Notes: generated by a model not told the origin, from the sequence alone. Shown: positions 9,051 to 20,465, numbered from the stretch's first letter. The stretch: 64,000 bases of DNA from an uncultured Actinomycetota bacterium (GCA_963829525.1 CAWHIJ010000003.1:1984001-2048000), one strand, 5' to 3'. A program made the numbers and translations.

Positions 9051-11553
9051 CTAGCTCCGCACTCGTTCGCTCGTCGGGTCATAGAAGGGTTTCAGCGACA
9101 CCGTCGCAGGCACACGTTCACAGGCGACCTCCACCTCGTACTCACCAGCCTCAATGAAGTGGCGATCCGCGACGCCGTCGCGGTTCTCGATGTACCCCAG
9201 TCCCAACGGCGCATCCAGCGTGTGCCCGTACATACCGGACGTCGTATGCCCCACCAATTCGCCATCCCGCCAGATCGGCTCGTTGTGGTAGAGCAGTGCA
9301 TTGTCGCGCTGGACACGCACCTGCACCAACCGCCGCTTGCGCCCCGGCTTCTCGTTGCGCCGTCAACGCCTCGCGTCCCCGAGAAGCCGCCAGGCTTGTC
9401 CCACGCCACGGCGAAGCCGAGACCGGCCTCCAGCGGGGTGTCGTCGGGCGAGATGTCGTGGCCCCAGTGGCGGTAGCCCTTCTCCATGCGCAAGCGAGTT
9501 CAGGGCGTGGTACCCGCAGAGCTGCAGACCGACTGCCTCACCAGCACTGGCGACGAGCGTCGAAAACCCCAGTGGCGTACTCGGTGGGGACGTACAGCTC
9601 CCAGCCGAGCTCGCCGACGTAGCGTGATCCGACTGGCCCGCACCTGCGCGTAGCCGAGGTCGATGACCTGCGAGCGTACCGAACGGGAAAGCGTCGTTGT
9701 CCAGGTCGGCCAGTGGTAAGCGGCTGCAGCAGCTCACGCGACTCGCGGCCCCATCACGCTGAGCACTGCCATGGACGACGTGACGTCGACTCGACCATGC
9801 AGCGCGCGTCGGACGGGATGTGGTCGCGTCAGCCACGGCGAGGTCACGCACCTGCGTGGCGGCTGCGGTGACCACCAGGTAGCGATCCTCCGCTTCGCGG
9901 GTGACGGTGAGGTCGGCCTCGATCGTGCCCTGCTCGTTCAGCCACTGCGTGTAGACGATCCGGCCGACCGGTACCGAAACGTCATCGGCGCAGATCTGGT
10001 TCAGCACCGCTTCGGCGTCCGGGCCCTCGACGCACGAATTTGCCGAACGACGACAGGTCGAACAGCCCCACACGTTCGCGCACCGCATGGTGCTCGGCCG
10101 CCGAGTGCTCGAACCAGTTCTGCTTGCCGTACGTGTACTCGTAGACCGGTTCGACGCCGTCCGGTGCGAACCAGTTCGCCCGCTCCCACCCGGCGGTCTC
10201 GCCGAAGCAGGCGCCCCGCGCCGCCAGCCGGTCGTGCAGCGACGAGCGCCGGACACCGCGTGCTGTCTCCGGCTGCCGGTACGGCCAGTGCATGGCGTAC
10301 AGCAGGCCGAGCGTCTCGACTGTGCGGTCGTCGCAGGTAGCTCGGGTTGCGCTGGAACGGCATCATGCGTCGGATGTCGACGTCCCACAGGTCCATCGGC
10401 GGACGGCCGTCGATGATCCAGTCGGCCAGCACCTTGCCGGCACCGCCCGACGACTGGATGCCGATCGAGTTGAAGCCACACGCCAGGAACAGACCCTTCA
10501 CCTCGGGCGACTCGCCCAGCAGGTAGCGGTCGTCAGGCGTGAACGACTCAGGCCCGTTGAAGAACAGCTGGATCCCGACCTCCTCGAGGAGCGGCATGCG
10601 GTGCGCCGCGGCCTCGATCAGCGGTGCGACGTGTTCGAAGTCCTCCGGCAGGGTGCCGAAGCTGAACGACTCAGGGATGCCGCTGCCTCCGCCTCGCTCG
10701 GGCATGCCCCACGGCTTGGCCACCGGCTCGAACCAGCCGACGAGCAGCTTGCCGGCGCTCGGCCTTGAAGTACCCACAGGCGTCCTGGTCGCGCAGCACC
10801 GGCATCGTCGGCGAGATGCCGTCGACCGCGTCGGTGACGATGTAGAAGTGCTCGGCGGCGTGGAGGGGCACGTTGGCGCCGATCGGTGCACCCAGCTCGC
10901 GTCCCCACATGCCGGCGGCGTTGACGACCACGTCGGCGCGTAGCTCACGTCGCTCACCGTCGACCTCGTACTCCACCCCGACCGCGCGACCTCCTCGACG
11001 AGGATCCGAGTCGACCGGGGTGTGCTCGACGACCAGCGCACCCCGTGCGCGCGCCCCCTTGGCGAACGCCCATGTGGTGTCGACCGGGTTGGTCACTCCG
11101 TCACCGGGCAGGTAGACGCCACCGATCAGGTCGTCGGTCCTGGCCTGTGGCACCAGGCGTTCGACGTCGGACGGCTCGATCACCTCCACCGGCAGACCAA
11201 AGACACGCGCCATGGACGCTCCGCGCCGTAGCTCTTCGAACCGCTCGGCGTTGGCGGCAACCGCCACCGAGCCCCGGGTCTGGAAGCCGGTCGCCTGCCC
11301 GGTGTCCTGCTCAAGCGTGGCGAAGAGCTCGGTGGTGTACTTCGCGAGCCGCGTGAGGTTGTGCGTCGCTCGCAGCTGGCCGACCAGGCCCGGCAGCGTG
11401 CCAGGTGGTGCCACAGGTGAGCTCCTTGCGTTCGAGTAGAACGACGTCGGTGACACCGCGCAGGGCCAGGTGGTAGGCAATGCTGCAGCCGACGATGCCG
11501 CCACCGATGATGACGACGCGGGTGCTCGCGGGAAGCTCGCCGGGTTCAGCCAT
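9051..11553 (-). pseudogene. GcvT-family FAD-dependent oxidoreductase (dimethylglycine/sarcosine dehydrogenase-like), multiply frameshifted
   Basis: Motifs spread over at least 6 ORFs: [66 protein letters not shown] and HNEPIWRDG. Confidence 0.85.
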
Positions 11554-11588
11554 GAGGTCTCCTGAGTCTGGACCCGGCCAGTCTGCCC

Positions 11589-12614
11589 TCAATCCCAGTG
11601 GTCGGCGACCTTCTTGCTCGGCTGAACCCTCGGAGGCTCCCCCGGCATCTTGGGAAAGTTCGGCGGGTAGTTGGTCTCACCAAGACCCTGCTCCTCGTCG
11701 CGTTCCACCCAGGCGAGGGCACGCTCAAGACCTGCACCCGCGGCACGCATTGGCGCCTGCAGGTCTCCGATTTCGTCGAGACGATCTGGCACCGTGTGGA
11801 TGGAGAAGTCCATCGTGCTGACTGAAGGAAGCTCGTCCCACGTCACCGGCGTCGAGACAGGTGCGCCCGGCCTTGCCCGAACGGTATAGGCGGCCGCGAT
11901 TGTCTTATCGGGAAGCATCTGGTTGAAGTCGATGAAGACACGCTCGCCGCGCTCCTCCTTCCACCAGGCGGACGTCACTCGCTCGGGTGCCCGCCGTTCC
12001 ATCTCACGTGCGATGGCGAGGACGGAGCGGCGCACCTGCGGAAACGTCCAACCGGCTGTCAGTGGGACATCGATGTGGATTCCGCGGCCGCCTGATGTCT
12101 TCGGGAATCCCACCAGGCCGAGCTCGCCCAGGATCGGACGCAGCAGCTGCAGCCCCACCCACACCGCGTCGGAGAAGTCCGTCCCGGTCTGCGGGTCGAG
12201 GTCGATCCGCATCAGGTCTGGATGAGCGAGGTCAGCGGCCAGGGCAGGCCACGGGTGCAGCGTGATCGTGCCGTACTGCGCCGCCCACACCAGGTCAGCC
12301 GGGTGTTCGGGTCGCAGCACCTCAGCCTTTCGGCCCCCCGGGAATGAGACGGTGACGCGTCCTAGCCACTCGGGAGCCTTCGGTGGGAGACGTTTTTGGT
12401 AGACCTCCTCTCCCGCGATTCCGTCGGGGTAGCGCTGCAGGTAGGTGGGACGACCGACCACCGCAGTGAGCGCGATTTCGGCCACCGATGCGTAGTAGCG
12501 GACCAGGTCGATCTTGCGTCCGCGCTCCCCCAGGTCAGGGAAGTAGATCTTGTCGGGGTTGGAGATTGACACCGTCCGACCAGCAACCTCGACGTCGACA
12601 CGTTGGGGAGCCAC
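11589..12614 (-). CDS. LigD-like primase-polymerase (Prim-PolC type) domain protein
   Basis: [36 protein letters not shown] and [17 protein letters not shown]. Confidence 0.9.
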   Translation of the reverse strand: MAPQRVDVEVAGRTVSISNPDKIYFPDLGERGRKIDLVRYYASVAEIALTAVVGRPTYLQRYPDGIAGEEVYQKRLPPKAPEWLGRVTVSFPGGRKAEVLRPEHPADLVWAAQYGTITLHPWPALAADLAHPDLMRIDLDPQTGTDFSDAVWVGLQLLRPILGELGLVGFPKTSGGRGIHIDVPLTAGWTFPQVRRSVLAIAREMERRAPERVTSAWWKEERGERVFIDFNQMLPDKTIAAAYTVRARPGAPVSTPVTWDELPSVSTMDFSIHTVPDRLDEIGDLQAPMRAAGAGLERALAWVERDEEQGLGETNYPPNFPKMPGEPPRVQPSKKVADHWD

Positions 12615-12692
12615 GAGGTCGACCGTACTTCGTCACCAGTTGGTGAGGGGCTCGCACTGGCCGACTGAGGCCTGGGAACTTAACGTTGGACT

Positions 12693-13097
12693 ATGACCAA
12701 CCGCGTAGAGAAGTCAGATGCCGAATGGCAGGCCCAGCTGTCTCCCCAGGAGTACCAGGTCCTCCGCCAGGGTGGCACCGAGCCAGCCTTCACCGGCGAG
12801 TACACCGACACGGCGACCACCGGCGTCTACCGATGCCGGGCCTGCAGCCAGGTGCTGTTCCGCTCAGACACCAAGTTCGCCAGCCACTGCGGGTGGCCGT
12901 CGTTCTACGCCCCCACCGAGGACGACGCCGTCGAGCTCATCGAAGACCGCTCGATGGGCATGGTGCGAACCGAGGCCCGGTGCGCCAACTGCGGCTCACA
13001 CCTGGGCCACGTCTTCGAGGGTGAGGGCTACGACGTCCCAACCGACCAACGATGGTGCATCAACTCGATCAGCCTGACCCTTGAACCAGCCGAGTAA
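12693..13097 (+). CDS. msrB: Peptide-methionine (R)-S-oxide reductase
   Basis: GTEPAFTG, CxxC zinc motifs, CGWPSF, HLGHVF and RWCINS; leaderless TAACGT-N6-ATG. Confidence 0.96.
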   Translation: MTNRVEKSDAEWQAQLSPQEYQVLRQGGTEPAFTGEYTDTATTGVYRCRACSQVLFRSDTKFASHCGWPSFYAPTEDDAVELIEDRSMGMVRTEARCANCGSHLGHVFEGEGYDVPTDQRWCINSISLTLEPAE

Positions 13098-13111
13098 CCG
13101 CTGAGCTGCGG

Positions 13112-13135
13112 CTGAGCAAGATGCCTCGCTCAGCT
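13112..13135. terminator. Short hairpin between convergent genes
   Basis: GCTGAGC-N10-GCTCAGC inverted repeat; no U-tract. Confidence 0.3.
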
Positions 13136-13675
13136 TGTCGGGGCCTCTGTATGGGCCTCTATCGGGGCCACCGTCGGCGTCATCTCGCGTAGCTCGGCGA
13201 TGAGGGCTTCGATGTCGTCGTGCTTGTGCGACATCGTGCGGTGGGCGATGTGAGACGCGTGCGGAAGTACCGAGCTGATGTCGTCGGGTAGCTTCGCTGC
13301 GATCACCATGACGGCGCCCTCGCCTGAGTCGAGAGCCGTGCCGAGCTCGGCGATGTCCTTCCGTGAAACACCGTGCCAGAGGTGAGCGGCCGCCCTCGCG
13401 ACACCACCGCCTGCGGCCGCAGTGACCAGGATCACCGGCGGGTAGAGCAGCCCGAGCAGTCCGCCGACCACCGTGCCGGCGATGCCGCCCTTGTCGGCGT
13501 CCGGCTCGAGGTGGTTGACCACCTTGGCCTTGCCGGTCGAGGAGCGCTCGACGAGAGCCAGCGCGTAGATGCGCTCGCTCCAGAGTTCTTCGCGGTTCTT
13601 GGCGATGTGTTCATAGTCGCCCTCGGCGCGATGACGGTTGTCGTACGTGCCGACGACGATGACCGGGTGAGCCAT
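13130..13675 (-). CDS. DUF1269-like glycine-zipper membrane protein
   Basis: GGIAGTVVGGLLGLL glycine zipper; GVSRKDIAELGTALDSGE; GGAGG RBS. Confidence 0.65.
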   Translation of the reverse strand: MAHPVIVVGTYDNRHRAEGDYEHIAKNREELWSERIYALALVERSSTGKAKVVNHLEPDADKGGIAGTVVGGLLGLLYPPVILVTAAAGGGVARAAAHLWHGVSRKDIAELGTALDSGEGAVMVIAAKLPDDISSVLPHASHIAHRTMSHKHDDIEALIAELREMTPTVAPIEAHTEAPTS

Positions 13676-13729
13676 GACAACCTCCTGCGCGTTGGGCCAA
13701 CGAGACCCTCACGAGCAGATTAGTGCCGA

Positions 13730-14482
13730 TCAGGGCAGAGAAGCCACGATCTCGGCGATCGGGCGGCGCCGTCCCGTGTAGAACGGAATCTCCTCGCGCA
13801 CGTGCAGCCTGGCCCTGGACGCACGGAGGTGGCGCATGAGGTCGACGATGCGGTAGAGCTCGTCGGCCTCGAAGGCGAGCAGCCATTCGTAGTCACCGAG
13901 AGCGAATGAGGCCACCGTGTTCGCACGAACATCGGCGTAGCCGCGAGCCATCTGTCCGTGCTCGGCGAGCATCGCCCGGCGCTCCTCGTCAGGTAGGACG
14001 TACCACTCGAGGGATCGCACAAACGGGTAGACGCAGATGTAGCGCTTGGGGTCCTCGTCGGCGAGGAACGCAGGGACGTGGCTCTTGTTGAACTCAGCAG
14101 GTCGGTGCAACGCCATCTGCGACCAGACCGGCTCACATGTCGCACCGAGGGCGGTCTGCCGGAACGCCGAATAGGCGTCCTGCAGGTCGTCACTGTTCTC
14201 GGCATGCCACCAGATCATGAAGTCTGCGTCAGCACGCAACCCCTGCACGTCGTAGACGCCCCGAACCACCACGCCCTTGCCATCCAGCTGCTCAAAGAGC
14301 GAGTCGACCTCAGCGGCTACGCCAACTCGGTTGGCGCCCTGCCGAGTAGTGCTCCGGAACACCGACCACGCCGTATAGCGGATCTTGTCGTTGAGCTCGC
14401 GGGCCTGCTTTCCGGTGATCGTCCGACCTGCTGGGCCTGGCGTGCTGGATGCGGGCTCTGGGGTTGTATGCGCGTCACTCAC
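13730..14482 (-). CDS. hemQ: Coproheme decarboxylase (HemQ/ChdC)
   Basis: [33 protein letters not shown] and EEIPFYTG; directly downstream of hemG. Confidence 0.95.
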   Translation of the reverse strand: MSDAHTTPEPASSTPGPAGRTITGKQARELNDKIRYTAWSVFRSTTRQGANRVGVAAEVDSLFEQLDGKGVVVRGVYDVQGLRADADFMIWWHAENSDDLQDAYSAFRQTALGATCEPVWSQMALHRPAEFNKSHVPAFLADEDPKRYICVYPFVRSLEWYVLPDEERRAMLAEHGQMARGYADVRANTVASFALGDYEWLLAFEADELYRIVDLMRHLRASRARLHVREEIPFYTGRRRPIAEIVASLP

Positions 14483-14492
14483 GCACCTATTG

Positions 14493-15872
14493 TCACCCGC
14501 TGGCATCTGCCCCGGCCACTCGGTCTGCCGCGTTCTGCCCGGAGGCGATGCACGCCGGGATCCCGACGCCATCCCAGGCAGCACCGGCGACAGCCAACCC
14601 AGCAGGCAGACCCTCGCGTGCTCGGGCGACCCTTGCCCGATGTCCCACGCGGTACTGCGGCAGCGATCGCACCCAGTGGGTGACAACGGCGGCCCGAGGC
14701 GGGCCTCGGAGCCCCAGTAAGCCCCCCACCTCGTCGAGCACTGCTTTGACCAGCTGGTCGTCGGGCAGGTCCAGCCCGCGAGCGTCTCCGTGGCGTCCTA
14801 CAGAGAATCGCAACACCTCTCGGCCAGGGGCAGCTTCTTGTACCCACTGCCATTTGCGCGTCACAAACGTCGCTGCCTTGGTAAGCCGTCCGGTGACGGG
14901 TGGAACCAGGAAGCCGGTGCCCTGCAACGGCGCGCTGACCGCGTCGGCGTCGAAGACGGTGGTGACGAGGGCCACGGATGCGTACTCGAGGGCTGATGCC
15001 ACCACGGCGGCATCGGGCGCGACCGAGCCAAGTAGCGGCGCCCCGGCGTAACCGGGAAGGGCAATGATGACCCGATCGGCGTCAAGCGCACCTCCGCCGT
15101 CGGTAACGACGGTCCAGCCGCTCGAAGGGCCGTGCCGTCGCAGCTCGACTGCCGACGTGTTCGTCAGAACCACGAGACGGCAGGCCTCGACCAACGAGTC
15201 GGGCAGGGATCCAAGGCCGCCGACCACCGAGGCGAAGGGTGGAGCGTCGCCGGGCGACCCACCACGCATTGACGCAGCGGCGGCCATGACCGATCCCGTT
15301 CGTCGTACAGCCTCCAGCAACCCCGGTAATGCGGCGTCAACCGATATCTGGTCGGCACGGCCGGCGTAGACGCCTCCCAGCAAGGGCTCGACCAGTCGAT
15401 CGACCACGTCGGTTCCGAGCTGGCTACCCACGAGCTCGGCCACAGTCATGTCATGGGCAGGGTCGATGGGCTGTGTCAGGCGTGGCTCGTGCCGAAGCCG
15501 CTTCAGCCCGGCTGCACCAAGAAGGGCTGACAGGTCTGGGTCGTCCGCGTCAGTGGGAACACCGAGCAGCTGTTGGCGCGGCAACCGGTGGAGGCGGTCG
15601 AGCCAGACGCCTGCCCCGGACGTCGCCGGGTTCACAAGATCAGGCAGGCGCCCTGCTGCACCGATGAGCTGCAGCCCCTCAGGACGCCGGGTGAGAAGCG
15701 ACTCGGCGCCCGCGTCAAGACAGAGCCCGTCGACAACGTGTCGCGCGAGCTTGCCCCCAACTGCTGCGCTGCTCTCGATCAGCGTGACATCGTCACCATG
15801 CTCGGCGCATCGGCGCGCTGCCTCGAGGCCAGCAATACCGCCCCCGATCACAACCGTTCGCGCCGCAGTCAT
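14493..15872 (-). CDS. hemG: Coproporphyrinogen/protoporphyrinogen oxidase (HemY/HemG/CgoX)
   Basis: [33 protein letters not shown] and GVGIPACI. Confidence 0.93.
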   Translation of the reverse strand: MTAARTVVIGGGIAGLEAARRCAEHGDDVTLIESSAAVGGKLARHVVDGLCLDAGAESLLTRRPEGLQLIGAAGRLPDLVNPATSGAGVWLDRLHRLPRQQLLGVPTDADDPDLSALLGAAGLKRLRHEPRLTQPIDPAHDMTVAELVGSQLGTDVVDRLVEPLLGGVYAGRADQISVDAALPGLLEAVRRTGSVMAAAASMRGGSPGDAPPFASVVGGLGSLPDSLVEACRLVVLTNTSAVELRRHGPSSGWTVVTDGGGALDADRVIIALPGYAGAPLLGSVAPDAAVVASALEYASVALVTTVFDADAVSAPLQGTGFLVPPVTGRLTKAATFVTRKWQWVQEAAPGREVLRFSVGRHGDARGLDLPDDQLVKAVLDEVGGLLGLRGPPRAAVVTHWVRSLPQYRVGHRARVARAREGLPAGLAVAGAAWDGVGIPACIASGQNAADRVAGADASG

Positions 15873-16034
15873 GGCGGTCACCCTGTCAGAGGTGAGATCA
15901 CGAACGGGTGACAGGTCGGCAGTTGCGGAACTCAGTGACGGGGAGGGGCGTCGAACGGCCCGATAGACCCGAAACACTGCGCTTCAGGGGCTGCACGGCT
16001 CCACAGGAGCCGGTGTCTACGCCCGGGAGGGGCT

Positions 16035-17006
16035 ATGAGGGGTTCGCGCACTGCGGCACTGTCCACCATCACACTGACCGGAGCAGCTGTGCTGCTCGCT
16101 GGCTGTTCCGGGTCTTCGAGCGAGAACATGAGCACCTCGTCAGACGATGCCGCCTCAGGACGAACCGGCTACGTGGCAGGGGAACCAGCGCAGGACTCGG
16201 GGGCTGCAGGCGACGCGGCAACGGCCCAAGGGGCGGGAACCAAGACCTCGGGAGGGGCGCCGCTCACCGACCTCCTCACCGAGCGAGCGGTGATCGCTAC
16301 CGCAGAGATGACGCTGCGTTCGGAGGATGTTCCCTCCACAGTGAGCGCCATCGAGGTCATCGCCAAGTCTGCCGGCGGCTTCGTGTCCAGCCGCGATATC
16401 AGTAGCAACCCTGACGACTCTCCGGGCACCAGGGCCGTCATCGTGGTCCGCGTTCCGACAGCCAAGTTGAATGCTGTTATTGACCAAGCGCAGACCGAGG
16501 GCGACGTCGTACGTGTCACATCGGATGTGCAAGACGTCACTGAGACCGTCGTCGACGTCAACAGCAGGGTCAAGAGTGCTGAGGCAAGCGTCGAACGAAT
16601 CCGTGCCCTGCTGTCACGAGCAACAACGATCGGTGAGGTTGTGCGGATCGAGAGTGAGCTCTCCCAGCGTGAGGCCGATCTGGAGTCGCTTCAAGCGCAA
16701 CAGCGGTCACTGTCCGACCAGACCGCTCTGGCCACTCTTTCGGTGACGGTGCTGGCGCCGAGTGCTGTTGAGCCGGTGGCCGCGGAAAACGCGGGCTTCG
16801 TCGCTGGCCTCGAACGCGGCTGGGACGCGCTCATCGGTCTCGTCGTCGTCGCCCTCACAACGCTCGGCGTGCTGCTTCCCTTCCTCGTGGTTGCCGCTCT
16901 GGTCCTTGGGCCTATCGCCGCCGCCTGGCGCCGGCGGCAGTCAGCCAACGCCGCTATCGCGCCCCGCGAGACTCCGCAGGAGCGCGAGCCGGAGCCCGTC
17001 CACTAG
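16035..17006 (+). CDS. DUF4349 lipoprotein
   Basis: Lipobox LAGC; DVTETVVDV..R coiled-coil; C-terminal transmembrane segment. Confidence 0.85.
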   Translation: MRGSRTAALSTITLTGAAVLLAGCSGSSSENMSTSSDDAASGRTGYVAGEPAQDSGAAGDAATAQGAGTKTSGGAPLTDLLTERAVIATAEMTLRSEDVPSTVSAIEVIAKSAGGFVSSRDISSNPDDSPGTRAVIVVRVPTAKLNAVIDQAQTEGDVVRVTSDVQDVTETVVDVNSRVKSAEASVERIRALLSRATTIGEVVRIESELSQREADLESLQAQQRSLSDQTALATLSVTVLAPSAVEPVAAENAGFVAGLERGWDALIGLVVVALTTLGVLLPFLVVAALVLGPIAAAWRRRQSANAAIAPRETPQEREPEPVH

Positions 17007-17080
17007 CGAGACCCCGCAACGTGTGAGCTCGCCGGTGGTATGGCCCCGCGCTACTAACACGATGTGACCCGTACTGGCGT

Positions 17081-18121
17081 CTAGCGCGCGGTTCGATCGT
17101 GAACCTGGCGCACAACAGCGGCCAGTACCTCGGGGTCGCTGGTCGGCAGGACGCCGTGGCCAAGGTTGAAGACATGACCTGAAAGGTTGCGAGCCGACTC
17201 GAGCACTGCGTCCACCTGGATTCGAACGGCGTCCGGCGAGGAGAAGATGACCGCCGGGTCGAGGTTGCCTTGCAGCGCAACGGTGTCACCGACCCGCTTG
17301 GCCGCGTCGGCGAGGGCCAGCCGGTAGTCGACGCCGACGACATCGGCACCCGCGTCACGCATCAGGGCCAGCAGCTCGCCAGTGTTCACACCGAAGTGGA
17401 TCCGCGGCACCCCTGTCTCCGCTAACGACGACAAGATGCGTTTCGAGTGCGGCATGACGTAGCGCGCATAGTCGACGGCCGAGAGCGCGCCGACCCATGA
17501 GTCGAAGAGCTGGATCGCCGATGCCCCAGCGGCCACCTGCACGTGCAGATAGGCCGCCGAGATGTCAGCGAGCTTGGCCATCAGCGCGTGCCAAAGACCT
17601 TCATCGCTGTACATCAGGGCCTTGGTGTTTTCGTGGTTCTTCGATGGGCCACCCTCGACGAGGTACGACGCGAGGGTGAACGGCGCCCCGGCGAAGCCGA
17701 TGAGCGGCGTAGCGCCGAGTTCGGCGGTCAGCAGGCCGATCGCCTCGGTGATGTACGGCACGTCATCTGGAGTCAACTCCCCCATTGCGTCGACCTGCTC
17801 CCGTCGACGGACCGGGTCGGCCACCACCGGACCGACGCCAGGGACGATGTCGAGGTCGAAGCCGATCGCCTTGAGCGGCAGCACGATGTCACTGAAGAAG
17901 ATCGCAGCATCAACGCCGTAACGGCGGACGGGCTGCATCGTGATCTCCGCGACGAGGTCAGGCCTGGTGCACGCCTCAAGCATCGTCGTCCCCTCACGCA
18001 ACTTGCGGTACTCAGGAAGGGATCGACCCGCCTGCCGCATGAACCACACCGGGGTGTGCGGGACCGGCTGACGCCGGCAGGCGAGCAGAAACGGGGAATG
18101 AGGTAGGGACGCGTGAGGCAC
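17081..18121 (-). CDS. hemE: Uroporphyrinogen decarboxylase
   Basis: PVWFMRQAGRSLPEY, FSDI, GFAGAPFTLASY and FNLGHG. Confidence 0.97.
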   Translation of the reverse strand: MPHASLPHSPFLLACRRQPVPHTPVWFMRQAGRSLPEYRKLREGTTMLEACTRPDLVAEITMQPVRRYGVDAAIFFSDIVLPLKAIGFDLDIVPGVGPVVADPVRRREQVDAMGELTPDDVPYITEAIGLLTAELGATPLIGFAGAPFTLASYLVEGGPSKNHENTKALMYSDEGLWHALMAKLADISAAYLHVQVAAGASAIQLFDSWVGALSAVDYARYVMPHSKRILSSLAETGVPRIHFGVNTGELLALMRDAGADVVGVDYRLALADAAKRVGDTVALQGNLDPAVIFSSPDAVRIQVDAVLESARNLSGHVFNLGHGVLPTSDPEVLAAVVRQVHDRTAR

Positions 18122-18156
18122 GGTCAGTCATCGTGTCACGGAACGATGAGGACGGC

Positions 18157-19002
18157 TCACCCGGCCGACAGAAGCACGATGCCGACCAGGGCCCCAATGA
18201 CTCCGTAGATCTGTAGCCGCGTAAGCCGCTCCTTGAGCAGGATCCGGGCCAGAAGCAGTGTCGCCACCGGGTAGAGCGAGCCAAGCACGGCCGTCACGCT
18301 GAGCAGACCGAATGTCGACGACCAGGCGAACGCACCGTTGGCCGCTGCGTCCCCTGCTCCGACACCGGCGAGGCCCGGCAGGTCGCGCCAGCGCAGTCCC
18401 ACCAGCCGGGTGAACACGACGACGGGAACGACCATGAGCAGAACACTCGTCGCGCGCTGCACGACGATCGTCATTCCGACGCTGGACTCCCCTCCTCCAG
18501 CCAGAAAGACGAATGATGCACCGAAGCCGATTGCGGCCACGAGAGCAAGCGCAATTGACTTCACGTGGGCATCGCGCGCTTCGACATTCTCGTGCGGCAC
18601 ATCAGGACCGGCAGCCAGCACCACACCGACGAACGCCACCGCGATCCCCAAGTACTGCAGGACCGACGGTTGCTCACCCTGGGCCAGTCCCCAGGCAACC
18701 GGGACGATGATTCCCGTCGCCGCGATGGGTGACACGACCCCCATGGTCCCGATCGACAGCGCTCCGTAGAACGACACCAGTCCGACCGGTCCGACGATCC
18801 CCGCCCCAACGCCCCACCAGAAATAGCCAGAAGGGTCGTCGAACGATCCGATGAGCCACACGGTGGGGACGATCAGGGTCAGCGCGATCATCTGTGAGAT
18901 CAACACCACGACGACAGCCGGCATCCGCTTGGTGAAGATGCCCCCGAAGAAGTCGGCGGTTCCCCACAAGAGGCTCGAGAGCAGAGCAAGGGCGACGGCC
19001 AC
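18157..19002 (-). CDS. EamA/DMT family transporter
   Basis: About 10 TM helices; WGTADFFGG and SLYPVAT..LKERL. Confidence 0.88.
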   Translation of the reverse strand: MAVALALLSSLLWGTADFFGGIFTKRMPAVVVVLISQMIALTLIVPTVWLIGSFDDPSGYFWWGVGAGIVGPVGLVSFYGALSIGTMGVVSPIAATGIIVPVAWGLAQGEQPSVLQYLGIAVAFVGVVLAAGPDVPHENVEARDAHVKSIALALVAAIGFGASFVFLAGGGESSVGMTIVVQRATSVLLMVVPVVVFTRLVGLRWRDLPGLAGVGAGDAAANGAFAWSSTFGLLSVTAVLGSLYPVATLLLARILLKERLTRLQIYGVIGALVGIVLLSAG

Positions 19003-19073
19003 CAGGGAAGGCTAGGTGCTGACGCTGCGCGCGTCGCGACCGGGCGGGCGGAGTCTCGACGTACGCTGACGTC

Positions 19074-19634
19074 GTGACTCAGCCGGATTCCCCACCGGAG
19101 ACCTTCTCCCGCGCACTGCAGTCACTCCGGGCTGCCCGGCTGCGCCCGGAGATCTCCTGCGACGAGGCTCCGGCCCCGCAACGTCTCGCCCCTTTCTCGG
19201 TGGCGCTGACAGCAGATGTTGTCGTCGGCGAGGACGAGCTCGGCTCCGGGCGCTTCGTCGTGCTTCACAACCCCGACGGTCACGAAGCGTGGGACGGCAC
19301 CTTTCGCATCGTCACGTTTGCCAGAGCAGCACTGGACGTCGCCATGGGCGCCGACCCCCTGGTGACTCAGGTCGGCTGGTCGTGGCTCATGGAGTGCCTG
19401 GACGCTCACAATCTCGACGTCATCGCGGCCAGCGGCACGGTCACCCGAGTCGCCTCCGAGAGCTTCGGCTCGATGTCAGATCGGCCGGCGTCAGCCGAGC
19501 TGGAGATCCGCGCCTCCTGGACGCCGGCTACCGACTCACTGGGGGAACACCTGCTGGCCTGGGGAGACCTGCTCTGCACCGCCGCGGGACTCCCACCGCT
19601 CCCGGCCGGGGTGATTCCGCTCGGCCGTCGCTGA
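19074..19634 (+). CDS. DUF3000 family protein
   Basis: APQRLAP, GRFVVLH.P.G.EAWDG and EIRASWTP; syntenic with hemE and rnd. Confidence 0.9.
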   Translation: MTQPDSPPETFSRALQSLRAARLRPEISCDEAPAPQRLAPFSVALTADVVVGEDELGSGRFVVLHNPDGHEAWDGTFRIVTFARAALDVAMGADPLVTQVGWSWLMECLDAHNLDVIAASGTVTRVASESFGSMSDRPASAELEIRASWTPATDSLGEHLLAWGDLLCTAAGLPPLPAGVIPLGRR

Positions 19635-19701
19635 CGACACACCGCCCGCGCCTGCTCTCCGGGCCCGCCTGGCCTCGGCTATCTCTAGGCCCCATTTCCC
19701 T

Positions 19702-19728
19702 TCAGCCCCCGCTGGTGCCGTCCGATGA
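19702..19728 (+). promoter_or_regulatory. Candidate sigma28/WhiG-type promoter upstream of the whiI-like gene
   Basis: TCAG-N15-TCCGATGA, against the FliA/WhiG consensus TAAA-N15-GCCGATAA. Confidence 0.4.
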
Positions 19729-19822
19729 GAACTCAGGTGGGCATTCCGGACTAGTTCGGTCCCGCCTGCTCGATCGGCAGCGTTGGACGCCCCTGCGTCC
19801 GACTGGCAAAAGGGAGGGACGG

Positions 19823-20440
19823 GTGACCACACTCGTCGAGCGCGGCGGACATCCGCACGCGTTCCGCACTGCCCGCTTCACCGCGCTTGCGGTCGTGGCG
19901 AACCCGAGCGTCCGCGAGGCGGTCGTCCGTAGGCTCCACATTCTCGGAGCCGCTTCCGTGGCCGAGGCGGCCTCGGTGGCCGAGGCCCGCGCGAGGGCCA
20001 TCGCTGACGGTCCACGCGACCTGTGCGTCATCGATCTCGCCCTGCCCGACGGCTCTGGACTGCAGCTGCTCGGCGAGCTGCGGCAGGCTGGATGGTCACG
20101 CTGCGTCGCGCTCTCACCGGGGGACGACCCCTACTCCGTCCGCGCGGCCATCGCCGCCGGCGTCAAAGGCTTCGTGGTCACCGGAGGAGCACCAGACAGC
20201 CCCCGCAGCACTCCCGGCCCCCGGGCTCGCGGCGCGGGAGGCCCCGATGGGCTCTCCGCACGCGAGATCGAGGTACTTCAGCTGGTGGCCGGCGGCCGCT
20301 CGAACCGTGACATCGGCGGTGAGCTGAGCCTGTCGGCCCTCACGGTCAAGAGCCACCTGGCCCGGATCGCTCGCAAGCTCGGAACCGGCGACCGCGCTGA
20401 GATGGTCGCCGTCGCACTGCGTGCCGGGGTTATCAGCTGA
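19823..20440 (+). CDS. whiI: Atypical orphan response regulator (LuxR HTH), WhiI-like
   Basis: EAASVAEARAR, RDLCVIDLALPDGSG, GVKGFVVTG and LSALTVKSHLARIARKLGTGDRAEMVAVALRAG match recalled Streptomyces WhiI; same DUF3000-whiI-rnd order. Confidence 0.78.
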   Translation: MTTLVERGGHPHAFRTARFTALAVVANPSVREAVVRRLHILGAASVAEAASVAEARARAIADGPRDLCVIDLALPDGSGLQLLGELRQAGWSRCVALSPGDDPYSVRAAIAAGVKGFVVTGGAPDSPRSTPGPRARGAGGPDGLSAREIEVLQLVAGGRSNRDIGGELSLSALTVKSHLARIARKLGTGDRAEMVAVALRAGVIS

Positions 20441-20465
20441 CCCTGGGCCCGCGTACGGTTGCGCC

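Noticed and set aside
9051-11553. Programmed frameshifting or recoding in the GcvT-family gene
   Set aside because: Too many shifts and no consistent slippery sequences; error or decay is more parsimonious.
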